This document shows, piece by piece, positions 1-8,438 of a DNA stretch of 64,000 nt (positions are counted from its first letter, which is position 1; the number at the start of each line of letters is the position of its first letter). Position numbers and translations under genes: made by a program. Origin of the DNA: a virus. The notes beneath the pieces were generated by a model, which had not been told where the DNA came from, did no database searches, and was given only the letters and a program-made list of their open reading frames with translations. The DNA is taken from the IMG/VR virus record IMGVR_UViG_3300020123_000219, positions 1 to 64,000 of that record; one strand, given 5' to 3'.

Positions 1-89
1 GTTCTTCGTCGGGAACGGATTATTGTATTCGATTTTAATGGGACCTGTAATGCGGCCTTCACTGTCAAGCGAAAGCCTCCCGGGTATGT

Positions 90-608
90 TTAGCATGCAA
101 CCGCCTTCTTTCTCCGGCGCCGGGCTGCTTCGTTTCTTGCATGGCAGGCCAGGCACCTGCGCTCGCCGCTCGGCTTGACTGACGTATTCTTCGGGGTATA
201 CGCGTGACCGTGCCTGCACTGAGCCGACAGCGGACGAAACGACGTACCATGCCTGACCCTATCCTGGCCGTTCTCCGCCGGAGTCCCCCACACTAGGTTC
301 GACGCCCTATTATTAAGGTGATCACCGTCAAGGTGACGCCCCTGCATGCCCGGCCCGGGACGGGCTCCGCTGAACGCATCAAGCACGAGTTCATGAACGT
401 AGCGCTTCGATATGCACCCGTCGGCGCAGAGTGATACGCAGAGGTAATGACCCCTTGATCGCGGCCACGGCTTCAGGTCTGCGGCCTTCCGCCGCCACCC
501 GCGCGCATCAAGCCGTGCAAGAACCCGGACATGACCGAGGTCGCTGACCTCATAGATTCCCTCGAACCCCGCCACCGGCAGCCAGGTCTCACCTGCTGTC
601 GTGGCCAT
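90..608 (-). CDS. NUMOD4-HNH homing endonuclease
   Basis: WLPVAGFEGIYEVSDLGHVR (NUMOD4) and HELVLDAF...RHLDGDHLNNRASNL (HNH), C-terminal CRHGH...CLAC zinc module. Confidence 0.9.
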   Translation of the reverse strand: MATTAGETWLPVAGFEGIYEVSDLGHVRVLARLDARGWRRKAADLKPWPRSRGHYLCVSLCADGCISKRYVHELVLDAFSGARPGPGMQGRHLDGDHLNNRASNLVWGTPAENGQDRVRHGTSFRPLSAQCRHGHAYTPKNTSVKPSGERRCLACHARNEAARRRRKKAVAC

Positions 609-646
609 TGGCGCCTCCCTTATCCTGTAGGCTCTAACCTTATACT

Positions 647-780
647 GGCAGGTTTGGTCGTTACTGCCGTCGACGCCCCGCGACTGTCCCGGTCATGCCA
701 AGCCCGCTGCCGACTGGCCCACCCGCCGCTCCGTGCCGCACGCCGACTACCCGCGCCATCGCCCGCATTCCTCCACGTAG
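647..780 (+). repeat. Array 0: leader hairpin plus short CGAC-(NNNNC)n array, putative ncRNA
   Basis: Stem ggcag/ctgcc (647-668) with 12-nt loop gtttggtcgtta; CGAC at 671, 681, 711, 744; units such as tgtcc cggtc atgcc aagcc; TANNNT boxes at 635-646. Confidence 0.7.
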
Positions 781-833
781 TACCCGGATGCGTGGTACTA
801 TCCGCAAGTATCCGACCAGGGAAAGGAACAGGA

Positions 834-1082
834 ATGGACGTAACGCTGATGCGGGCACGCGACACCCTCAGCATTCCCGGCGGCGCCGACCTCATGGCAC
901 CCGAGCCGTGCACCCTCACCCTCACCACAGCTCCCTGCCCGTCCGTGCTCCCGGACCACGCGTGGGCGCGGGGACGGCACGCAGACGGAACCCCCCGCAC
1001 CGTGCTCATCCCCCGCATCATGCCGCCCGCCACGGCCACCAGGCGCGGCGGCACCGACCCGGTCCGCGCCGGGATCATGTGA
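834..1082 (+). CDS. hypothetical protein
   Basis: ATG preceded by GAAAGGA SD; first gene of a + strand cluster. Confidence 0.55.
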   Translation: MDVTLMRARDTLSIPGGADLMAPEPCTLTLTTAPCPSVLPDHAWARGRHADGTPRTVLIPRIMPPATATRRGGTDPVRAGIM

Positions 1083-1084
1083 CC

Positions 1085-1204
1085 ATGACCGAGGAAACCT
1101 GCGTCTGCCAGATCGACGGCGGCCAATGCCAGAACAACGCCGTAACCGGCGACGACTACTGCAGCCTGTGCCTGAACGACAGGCACGCCCACCACAACAA
1201 CTGA
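1085..1204 (+). CDS. small Cys-rich protein
   Basis: MTEETCVCQIDGGQC...CSLC; closely packed with neighbours. Confidence 0.45.
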   Translation: MTEETCVCQIDGGQCQNNAVTGDDYCSLCLNDRHAHHNN

Positions 1205-1234
1205 GAACACGCGCCGGGAAAGGAAAACACGAAA

Positions 1235-1576
1235 ATGGGTCACGGAACGTACACCTTCGGCAAGATGATCGAGATAGCCGCGCTCACCGGCTTCGGCACC
1301 GCCATGCTCGCCGTCATGGTCCTGCTCGCCGGATGGACCCGCGCCGGCCGGCACGCAGCCGAAGCTGCCCTGGCCGCCCGCGAGACCCGGTGCGCTGCCG
1401 CAGGTTGCGCCCACTCCCACGCCGCCAGCAGCCAGGACATCGGAACCCCGGACGACGACGACGCGACCATCAACTGGCTCACCTGCCTCAGCAGCGACAC
1501 CCCCGCCCAATGGCAGGGAATCGACGCGGAACTCAGCCGCGTCCTCGCCTGGGCCGACCGGGTACTCGCCGGATGA
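1235..1576 (+). CDS. hypothetical membrane protein
   Basis: Strong SD, N-terminal hydrophobic helix, ATGA overlap with next gene. Confidence 0.65.
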   Translation: MGHGTYTFGKMIEIAALTGFGTAMLAVMVLLAGWTRAGRHAAEAALAARETRCAAAGCAHSHAASSQDIGTPDDDDATINWLTCLSSDTPAQWQGIDAELSRVLAWADRVLAG

Positions 1577-2223
1577 AACAACCCCACGCCGTCCCGCCCG
1601 GCAAGCCGTGGACCAGCCGGAAAGCCCGCCGCACCTGGGGACCTCTGAAACTGGGGCGGCTGGCCGCCAGGCTGGTCCGCAGGCCGGACCCGGAGCGGTC
1701 CCACCCCGGTTACCGGACGTGGGAAGAAGTCAAGGACAAGCGCGCCATGCACGACCAGTGGGCACGCGACCACAAGGCACGCGGCTGGCTGATCAGCCGG
1801 GCCTACTCCCTCGACCGGTGGGTGTCGTCCGTCCTGCACCTCACCTGGTACCGCAAGACCCGCACCTTCATCACCCGGGGCCGCAAAGGCTGGGCACCCC
1901 GCGACATCTGGTCCCTCGACCACTACCTCACCCGGGTCATCGGCGACGAGTTCGCGTGGGCCGCCGGCCTCATCGGCGACACCGTCCTCGAACTCGACCG
2001 CACCAGCCACTCCTACCCCAGCGACGGCATGACCCCCGGCCAGTGGCGCGACATCCTCCTCAACATCAGCGTCCCCCTCCGCGCCTACAAGCACCTCTGG
2101 GAAGAAAGCACCCGCGAAGACCGCACCTACAAGGAAAACCGGGCAGCAGAGGAAAAGATCATCAACGACGCAGCAGACGCGTTCCGGCTCCTCGCCGACC
2201 ACCTCCCCTCACTCTGGGACTAA
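1573..2223 (+). CDS. hypothetical phage protein
   Basis: ATGA-coupled start, high GC3 frame, ends HLPSLWD. Confidence 0.65.
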   Translation: MKQPHAVPPGKPWTSRKARRTWGPLKLGRLAARLVRRPDPERSHPGYRTWEEVKDKRAMHDQWARDHKARGWLISRAYSLDRWVSSVLHLTWYRKTRTFITRGRKGWAPRDIWSLDHYLTRVIGDEFAWAAGLIGDTVLELDRTSHSYPSDGMTPGQWRDILLNISVPLRAYKHLWEESTREDRTYKENRAAEEKIINDAADAFRLLADHLPSLWD

Positions 2224-2228
2224 CCGCT

Positions 2229-2486
2229 GTGAAACCCGCAGGCCCGATCACCGAACCCCACCCGATCGAAGAATGCTACGGGTCGAAACTCCACTGCTGG
2301 TCGCATGACGTTGACGAACCCGACCAGCCGGCCTACATCTCGTGTTTCGAGTGCAAGCACGTTTACCGGTCGGCTGAGGAACTAGTCGCCGAGCACAACA
2401 AGCACCTAGACCCGGCATGGAATGAACCTGCCGTGACAGACCCGGAACTTGTGCACTGCTGCCCCCTGTGCATCCACGACTGGTAA
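2229..2486 (+). CDS. small zinc-binding hypothetical protein
   Basis: GTG start; CFECKH and CPLCIHDW motifs. Confidence 0.6.
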   Translation: MKPAGPITEPHPIEECYGSKLHCWSHDVDEPDQPAYISCFECKHVYRSAEELVAEHNKHLDPAWNEPAVTDPELVHCCPLCIHDW

Positions 2487-2500
2487 CGAGCAAAGGAAAC

Positions 2501-2863
2501 ATGAAACTGTACCTGGCAGGCCCGATGCGCGGCTACCCCGAATTCAACCACCCGGCCTTCCACGCCGCCGCCGCCGAACTCCGCGCCTCCGGCCACGCAG
2601 TGTTCAACCCCGCCGAGCACGCCGAGTCACTCGGCATCAACACCACAGGAATGACCGGCGACCCCAGCCACGAAGAACTAGCCGGGTACTCGCTGCGGGA
2701 ACTCATCGCCGCCGACCTGGCCTGGATCTGCGCCAACGCCGAAGCGATCGCCCTGCTCCCCGGATGGCAGGACTCACTCGGCGCCGCAGCCGAGGTAGCA
2801 ACAGCCAAAGCACTCGGCATCCCGGTCGGGTACGCCCGGGACTTCCTCGCCAACCCCCGATGA
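2501..2863 (+). CDS. DUF4406 / nucleoside 2-deoxyribosyltransferase-like protein
   Basis: MKLYLAGPMRGYPEFNHPAF...FNPAE...LLPGWQDSLGAAAE matches the family pattern. Confidence 0.85.
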   Translation: MKLYLAGPMRGYPEFNHPAFHAAAAELRASGHAVFNPAEHAESLGINTTGMTGDPSHEELAGYSLRELIAADLAWICANAEAIALLPGWQDSLGAAAEVATAKALGIPVGYARDFLANPR

Positions 2864-3033
2864 CTAACCCTGACTGCGGCTGCGCTCGCGCAGCGGAACG
2901 CTGGAAGTTGAGGCCCAGGTCATCGCACGACCTGGGCCTCAACTGTGTCCCGGGGGTCTCGACCTGACCCGTGAACGGTGGTATGATCGGTACGGTAAGC
3001 GGCAGTGAAACAGAAACTATAAGGCTACAGGCA

Positions 3034-3360
3034 TTGGCTCGCACGCACATCGTGACCGACGACCTTGACGGAACCCCGGCCCAGGAGACCATCCAGTTCT
3101 CCATCAGCGGGAAGTATTACGAGATCGATTTGTCCCACGCGAACGCTGACACGTTCCGGGAAGTGTTCCAGCCGTGGATCGACGCGGCCAGGTCCCGGAA
3201 CCCGGCCCGGCAGCTTCCCCGGTCGCGGGATTCCCGCGCGGAGTCCGCTGCGATCCGTGACTGGGCCAGGCACACGGGCGTGGACGTGAAGGACCGGGGG
3301 AGGCTCCCGTCGGGCGTGAAACGCCAGTACTATAACCGGATCACTTCCGCCGCCGCTTAA
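3034..3360 (+). CDS. lsr2: Lsr2-family nucleoid-associated protein
   Basis: TDDLDG...YEIDLS dimerisation domain and IRDWAR...RGRLP AT-hook-like motif; TTG start inferred. Confidence 0.92.
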   Translation: MARTHIVTDDLDGTPAQETIQFSISGKYYEIDLSHANADTFREVFQPWIDAARSRNPARQLPRSRDSRAESAAIRDWARHTGVDVKDRGRLPSGVKRQYYNRITSAAA

Positions 3361-3371
3361 AAAAGAAACCT

Positions 3372-3690
3372 CCTGCCGGTACGGTCATCACGGCAGGCAG
3401 CAAACGACTCTCCATTCCAGTACAGGCCGCTGCGTGGCGACTTGTCCGACCAGGGCACGGCGCTTCGACTAATCGTCGCTATCCCGGTCGGCCCCGACTC
3501 TGCCATTCACGACCAACCCGATCCGACGGGTCCGTGCGCGCCGCCTCCCTCGCCGACATGTCAGGCCCACGCGCTTCATGACCGCCGACCTGTCAGACCC
3601 GCGCGTACCACAGCATGTGACTACCCTGCCCACGCCATTCCGTCGACGACTACGCGACTCCCTGCCCGCCCCACCCGCACCCGACTTCCC
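3372..3690 (+). repeat. Array 1: leader hairpin plus 9 units of YGAC-(NNNNC)4-5, putative ncRNA
   Basis: Stem cctgccg/cggcagg with loop gtacggtcatca; YGAC at 3405, 3438, 3466, 3495, 3524, 3554, 3586, 3618, 3647, 3682; nearly every pentamer ends in C. Confidence 0.9.
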
Positions 3691-4125
3691 TCACTCGTCA
3701 GAAGGACCGAAATCCTCAGGGAAAAGCACATCGGCTGTAGGCCATTCCCCGTGCGCGAAGAACTCGACTTCTGCCACGTCGTCCCTGCCCCGGAACACGA
3801 ACTTGCGGACGCGGGGGCACGCCCGCAGGTGCAGGCCGCCGCACCACATGCATCCCTCGCCGTTCGCGAACCGTTCCCGCACGGACGCCCGCTGTTCCTC
3901 GTCGAGGTCTTCAGGGTCCGCGCGTTCCGGCCCGGTCATCGGGTCCGCGAGCGCCTGCTCGCGGATGTCGGCGAACCCACGGAGGCGATCCTCGTGGCTG
4001 CGTATCATCGCCGCTGACAGGGCGATGGCGGGAGCGAGCTTGCTGACCTGGTCGTCGTCGAGGACGCGGCCGAGGGTTTTCCTGAGCACTGCTTCCAGCG
4101 CGGGCCATTCAGGTGAACCAGCCAT
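3691..4125 (-). CDS. hypothetical protein with CxxC...C motif
   Basis: SD AGGAAAGG; CMWCGGLHLRAC; fills the gap between arrays 1 and 2. Confidence 0.7.
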   Translation of the reverse strand: MAGSPEWPALEAVLRKTLGRVLDDDQVSKLAPAIALSAAMIRSHEDRLRGFADIREQALADPMTGPERADPEDLDEEQRASVRERFANGEGCMWCGGLHLRACPRVRKFVFRGRDDVAEVEFFAHGEWPTADVLFPEDFGPSDE

Positions 4126-4140
4126 GAGCGCCTTTCCTGA

Positions 4141-4146
4141 TACAAT
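4141..4146 (+). promoter_or_regulatory. putative -10 box for array 2
   Basis: TACAAT in an AT-rich patch 12 nt upstream of the leader hairpin. Confidence 0.45.
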
Positions 4147-4158
4147 TTAACTGACACG

Positions 4159-4830
4159 CCTGCCGGTACGGTCATCACGGCAGGAGACAAACGACCCTCC
4201 CTTGCCACGCGTGCTCCGACTCCGCCAGCCAGCTCCGGACAATAGCCGACTTCCCGCGCCTTTGCGGCTCGCCGCGACCACCCATGCCCGCGCCATTCCT
4301 TGCGCCGCCAACCGAGCCGACATGCCTGCCCGGCGCGTGACCCACTTCCGACATGACCCTCCCGTTCCCGCCACCCCCGACTCTCCGCTGCGACGCATAG
4401 CCCCGTGACTAACCGGTGCGGTACCGCCCATTGCCGACATGCCGCCGCCCGCGCCCGTCCCGTATCCGACCGGCCAGGCCATCACATGCCAGACCACCCG
4501 ACTTGCCGTTCCATTGCAGTCCCGGCCCGACCTCCCAGGCCGACTCGTCGCAAGCCCGACTCTCCATTCCTGCCCGATGCCGCGCCCCGACGTGCCGCGC
4601 CGCTCCTGCGCATGCGACTGCTCCGGGCATCACACTGCGAACCGACCAACCGCTCCTACGCGAAACGCTCCCGACTCCCCAGCTCAGGCCCACTCCCTTC
4701 CCGACTCCCCAGCTCAGCCCAGGCCCGACTTGCCTATCCGATCCCGCGCCGACCTGACTTGCCGGCCCGATCCCGCGCCGACATGCCGTTGCTGCGCCCT
4801 CCACCGCGACTCTCCATCGCCCTGCTGACC
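4159..4830 (+). repeat. Array 2: leader hairpin plus ~22 units of YGAC-(NNNNC)n, putative ncRNA
   Basis: 26-nt leader identical to array 1; YGAC mostly every 24-32 nt from 4192 to 4826; e.g. CGAC ttgcc gttcc attgc agtcc cggcc CGAC ctccc aggcc gactc gtcgc aagcc. Confidence 0.92.
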
Positions 4831-4831
4831 G

Positions 4832-6502
4832 CTACCGGAACAACGCCGACGCCGCGCCCTGAAACGGTGACGACACCTCCGCGTGCGCGAGCATGTCCCC
4901 CGCCGGGTACGGCTCCGGTTCCCCCTCATCCAGAACCGGGGCCTGCCGGCACTTCGGGCACGCCGGATGCCCCGCCCCGTAGTACTTGTGGCCGCAGAAC
5001 CCGCACTCCGCCACCCCGTACACGTCAGCCCACGACCCCGCCTGCCGCCAGAACGCCTGCACCACGGCGTCCCCCCGGTCCGTTGACCGGCCGATCCTGG
5101 CCCGGATCTCGTCCTTCGTCTCCATCCGCAGCACCCCGCCGGACAGCGGTTCCTTGCTGTGCGGCGCCGACAGGTCCGACAGCAGGTCCTCGTCATCAGG
5201 CAGGCACACCGTGGACCCAGCCGACGGGTCCAGCATCTCCCGCAGCCCGTACCAGGCCCCTACCCTGCAATTCAAGAAGGAAAGCTCGCCGGTCTTGTCC
5301 CTCTTCCGGGTCCGCGCGGACGCCGTGAACGGCTCGGCCCGCGCCCCCATCTCCCGCAGCCGGTCCAGCACCCCCGCCCCGATCCCGATCACGTCCACCA
5401 TCGCGGTCGCCTCCGGGTCCGCGTCGAGGATGCCCTTCACCCGCCCGGTCACCGCCATCGTGTCTTCCTTCGCGTACGTCCGCAGCTCGGTGATCACGTC
5501 GCCCTTGCGGATCGCTATCGCGGTCTTGTCCTCCCCCATACGCGCCGGGTCCACCCCGACCACGTGCGGCTCCCCCGCGTGCAGCAGCCCCGCGCCCTCC
5601 CGCTCGTACCAGCGTTCCACCGCCGCCTCGGCCCACGCCAGCGGAATGATCGCATCCTCATCTCCCGCGTAGAACTCGCCCAGCACGCGGTTCTGGTACA
5701 GCGACGAGATCTCGCCCCACTGCTTCTTCCGCTGGTCAGCCCACTGCTCGCTGATCCTCAGCGACGAGATCGCCTCAGCGAGGGTGACGTGCCGGGGCCG
5801 CCAGTCCTCGTAGCCGGGGCGGCGGGAGCAGATGTCGTAGAACCGTCCCTGCGGCTCCCCTGGCGTGGACAGCGCCAGGGCGTAGGCTTCCCCGGTCCCG
5901 GAGAACGCGCCCTCGCACGCGTCGAACGTGTTCGCGGGGATCGACTTCGACTCGTCGTAGATGAACAGGAGGCTGTCGGCGTGGCAGCCCTCGATCAGGG
6001 CCGGGTTGGAGCACGCGGCAGCGAACGCCTGCCCGTGCTGCAGGTTGACGTGCAGGGACAGCATCTCGCGGGGCTGCAGCGGGTAGTCCCGGATCTTCTC
6101 CCAGTTCAGCCGCTGCGACCATTTCCGGATCTCCGGCCACAGGTAGTGGATGAGCTGCCGCCACGCCCCTGCCGTGGTCACGATCTTCCAGTCCGTTCCG
6201 GTCGCGTCCCTGGTGAGCGCGAACCACCACACGGTCAGCGCCGCGATGCAGGACTTCCCGAGCCCGTGGGGGCCTCGCACCGCTTCCCGCTTGTGGAGGG
6301 ACAGCCCCCCGATGATGTCTTCCTGGTAGGGGGTCAGGCCGGGGCCGTCGCGGAAGTCGACGCAGTCATGGATGAACGCGACCGGGTCGTCGTAGTAGAC
6401 GGCGACGCCTTTCTTGACCTGCGCTGCGCGCTGCTTCAGTGACCGCAGGTAACGGAGGCGTTCGAGCCTGATCTCGTCGAGTGACCGTGGAGCCTGGTCC
6501 AA
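4832..6502 (-). CDS. terL: terminase large subunit
   Basis: Walker A RGPHGLGKS, Walker B LFIYDES, motif III LSTP, nuclease GVDPARMGED and STDRGDA. Confidence 0.93.
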   Translation of the reverse strand: MDQAPRSLDEIRLERLRYLRSLKQRAAQVKKGVAVYYDDPVAFIHDCVDFRDGPGLTPYQEDIIGGLSLHKREAVRGPHGLGKSCIAALTVWWFALTRDATGTDWKIVTTAGAWRQLIHYLWPEIRKWSQRLNWEKIRDYPLQPREMLSLHVNLQHGQAFAAACSNPALIEGCHADSLLFIYDESKSIPANTFDACEGAFSGTGEAYALALSTPGEPQGRFYDICSRRPGYEDWRPRHVTLAEAISSLRISEQWADQRKKQWGEISSLYQNRVLGEFYAGDEDAIIPLAWAEAAVERWYEREGAGLLHAGEPHVVGVDPARMGEDKTAIAIRKGDVITELRTYAKEDTMAVTGRVKGILDADPEATAMVDVIGIGAGVLDRLREMGARAEPFTASARTRKRDKTGELSFLNCRVGAWYGLREMLDPSAGSTVCLPDDEDLLSDLSAPHSKEPLSGGVLRMETKDEIRARIGRSTDRGDAVVQAFWRQAGSWADVYGVAECGFCGHKYYGAGHPACPKCRQAPVLDEGEPEPYPAGDMLAHAEVSSPFQGAASALFR

Positions 6503-6519
6503 TTACCTCCCTTACAGGG

Positions 6520-6822
6520 GTAACTGTACCGTCTCGCGGTGTCGGTGAGGAGTGCAGAGCAGGGACTTGGCCAGTCGGGCGCGGGACGCGCTGACGTGGA
6601 AAGTCGGGCGCGAGGGGAACTGGCCAGGCAAAGTCGGGGCGGAGCGGACAGCAACGGCTGGCGGAGTCGGGCCGGCGCTGGGCGGGATAGGCACGTCGGA
6701 ACGGGGCGGAGTGGACTGGCGGGACAAGTCGGTGTGGCAATGACCGGCCAGGACTAGTCGATTCGCCCGGAGCTGCGGTGAGTGGGATTGTCGTGACGGG
6801 ATGTAGCGACCGAACCATCCCG
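6520..6822 (-). repeat. Array 3: leader hairpin plus 8 units of CGAC-(NNNNC)5 on the minus strand, putative ncRNA
   Basis: Stem cgggatg/catcccg (6797-6822), minus-strand loop gttcggtcgcta; GTCG on + at 6541, 6574, 6603, 6633, 6666, 6695, 6728, 6757, 6790. Confidence 0.9.
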
Positions 6823-6836
6823 GTGAATACTTCCGG

Positions 6837-7388
6837 TCAGGAGGAGCTGACGACCCTGAGGTGCCGACCGTCACTGGCGGGACGTTTCGGCTTGGCCGCG
6901 CGCAGCTTCCCGGCCGTGGCCGTTGCCTTCTGCGGGGGCCACGGCTTGCCTGCTGCCTCGGCTTCCCTGCGGCGCCGCTCGGTGTTGTCCCGGGTGTTCT
7001 TCTTCTCGCAGTCAGTGCACTGGGTCCGCAGCTTTTCCGGGTGCTTCTTGTTCGCGTAGAACGTCAGCTCCGGGTTGTCGCGGACGTTGCGCTTGCAGGA
7101 GCTGCACGTCCGGGGCGGCGGCTCGGGGTCCTCGCCCCGCAGGGCGCGGGCCTCGTTCCTCATCTCCGCAGCGCTGCGCCTGGCCGCGCGGACCAGCACC
7201 TCGTGCTTGCGGACCGTGAGTTCGTCGCGGCGGCGGTCCCGCCGCGACCAGTCAGTTTCCAGCGTGATCAGCGCGTCGACCTTGGCCATGATCTCGTCGG
7301 CGTAGCCAGCGAGACCGAGCGCGAGCGTGCCTTTCAGGTCAGCCCGCGCTTCCAGTAGCTCTTTCGCGTAATCCCTTTCCGTTCCCAT
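6837..7388 (-). CDS. hypothetical zinc-binding protein
   Basis: CSSC...CTDC, basic C-terminus; TAGAAT upstream on the minus strand. Confidence 0.7.
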   Translation of the reverse strand: MGTERDYAKELLEARADLKGTLALGLAGYADEIMAKVDALITLETDWSRRDRRRDELTVRKHEVLVRAARRSAAEMRNEARALRGEDPEPPPRTCSSCKRNVRDNPELTFYANKKHPEKLRTQCTDCEKKNTRDNTERRRREAEAAGKPWPPQKATATAGKLRAAKPKRPASDGRHLRVVSSS

Positions 7389-7420
7389 GTTCCCCTATTC
7401 TACACGAGCGGGGGGAGGCG

Positions 7421-7690
7421 TCACTCAGGAAGCCAGGCACGGCTCCGCTCGCTGTCCGGCGTCCGGACCTTGCCCGGGTTCGCGTCCTGCCAGGACCGGA
7501 ACCGGTCGACTGAATCCTGCACCAGGGCGATGTGCCTGCGCGGCGAGCCGCCCTTGATGCACAGGAACACGTAGTAGGCGAGCGTCTTTACTGACTGGCA
7601 GTCCCTGGCCCGGAGCACGATCACCGGCTCGTCGTCGGGGATGTCCCCGTGCTCGGTCGTTACCTTCCCGTATTTCCCGTCATATCCCAT
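7421..7690 (-). CDS. hypothetical phage protein
   Basis: Compact ORF with DEPVIVLRARD motif seen in small phage proteins. Confidence 0.65.
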   Translation of the reverse strand: MGYDGKYGKVTTEHGDIPDDEPVIVLRARDCQSVKTLAYYVFLCIKGGSPRRHIALVQDSVDRFRSWQDANPGKVRTPDSERSRAWLPE

Positions 7691-7791
7691 GCCGGCAGCT
7701 TACCACCAGGGCAGCCGGGGCCCGGGGGAAGGGTAAGATCACGGGGTGCCTCCTGCGCGGGGCGGGAACGGAAGAGAGGGAGGCGGAAGCG

Positions 7792-8364
7792 ATGCGCAAG
7801 CACATGGTTCTGGACGGGCTGAGGCCCGTCGATTTCACCGGGGTGCTGCTCGCGGAGAAGTCCACCAGGTCCGCCGGGCGGCTCAGGTGGACCGAGCTGG
7901 CTCTGTACCGGATGGCCGGCGAAGACCAGCACCCCCCGGAAGGCGCCGGGGATGAGTACCCTTCTGGCGCCTACGTCCTGACTTCCCTCGGCGCGTCCCT
8001 GGTGTATCACCGGGGCGAGGGCGGGTGCGACCGGAGCAGGCGGTGCGATCCTGGCCGGGCGGGGGACCTGCCTCCGGGGTTCGCGCCGTGCGAGGAATGC
8101 TGGCCGGTGGCGGAGCGGTGGCCGGGTGACGGCGATGACCCGACTGAGCTGGCGCCCGGTGACATGTGCCGGCCTGAGCGGAACCGGCCTAAGGCCGTGG
8201 TGTGCGCGGGGGCCGGGGACGTGGAGGGGACGCTTCGGGACTGGTCGGGGAGCAGGAAGGTGCGGGCGTCGCGGCTGTCCGGCCCGGCGCAGGACCTGCT
8301 GGAGGAGGCGTCGAAGGTCGACGAGGACATCAGGCGCATGATAACCGAGGAAGTCCACCTGTGA
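7792..8364 (+). CDS. hypothetical protein
   Basis: GGAGG SD; LRWTELALYR...YVL. Confidence 0.7.
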   Translation: MRKHMVLDGLRPVDFTGVLLAEKSTRSAGRLRWTELALYRMAGEDQHPPEGAGDEYPSGAYVLTSLGASLVYHRGEGGCDRSRRCDPGRAGDLPPGFAPCEECWPVAERWPGDGDDPTELAPGDMCRPERNRPKAVVCAGAGDVEGTLRDWSGSRKVRASRLSGPAQDLLEEASKVDEDIRRMITEEVHL

Positions 8365-8374
8365 CCGTTATGGC

Positions 8375-8403
8375 TTGACAGGGGCAGCTAGCGCCTATAG
8401 CAT
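8375..8403 (+). promoter_or_regulatory. sigma70/HrdB-type promoter of the early operon
   Basis: TTGACA-N17-TAGCAT. Confidence 0.7.
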
Positions 8404-8438
8404 CCCCTTATAGCTTCACCACCGGGAAAGGAAACACC

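Noticed and set aside
4147-4828. Pro/Arg- or Gly-rich ORFs across array 2 (also 3442-4017 and 6436-6874)
   Set aside because: No SD or codon bias; they are by-products of a C-rich period-5 non-coding pattern.
3372-6822. Calling the arrays CRISPR or TIGR arrays
   Set aside because: The constant part is only 4 nt plus periodic C. There are no 23-47-nt repeats, no alternating edge/loop repeats with box C/D motifs, and no cas1/cas2 or Nop-domain gene recognised.
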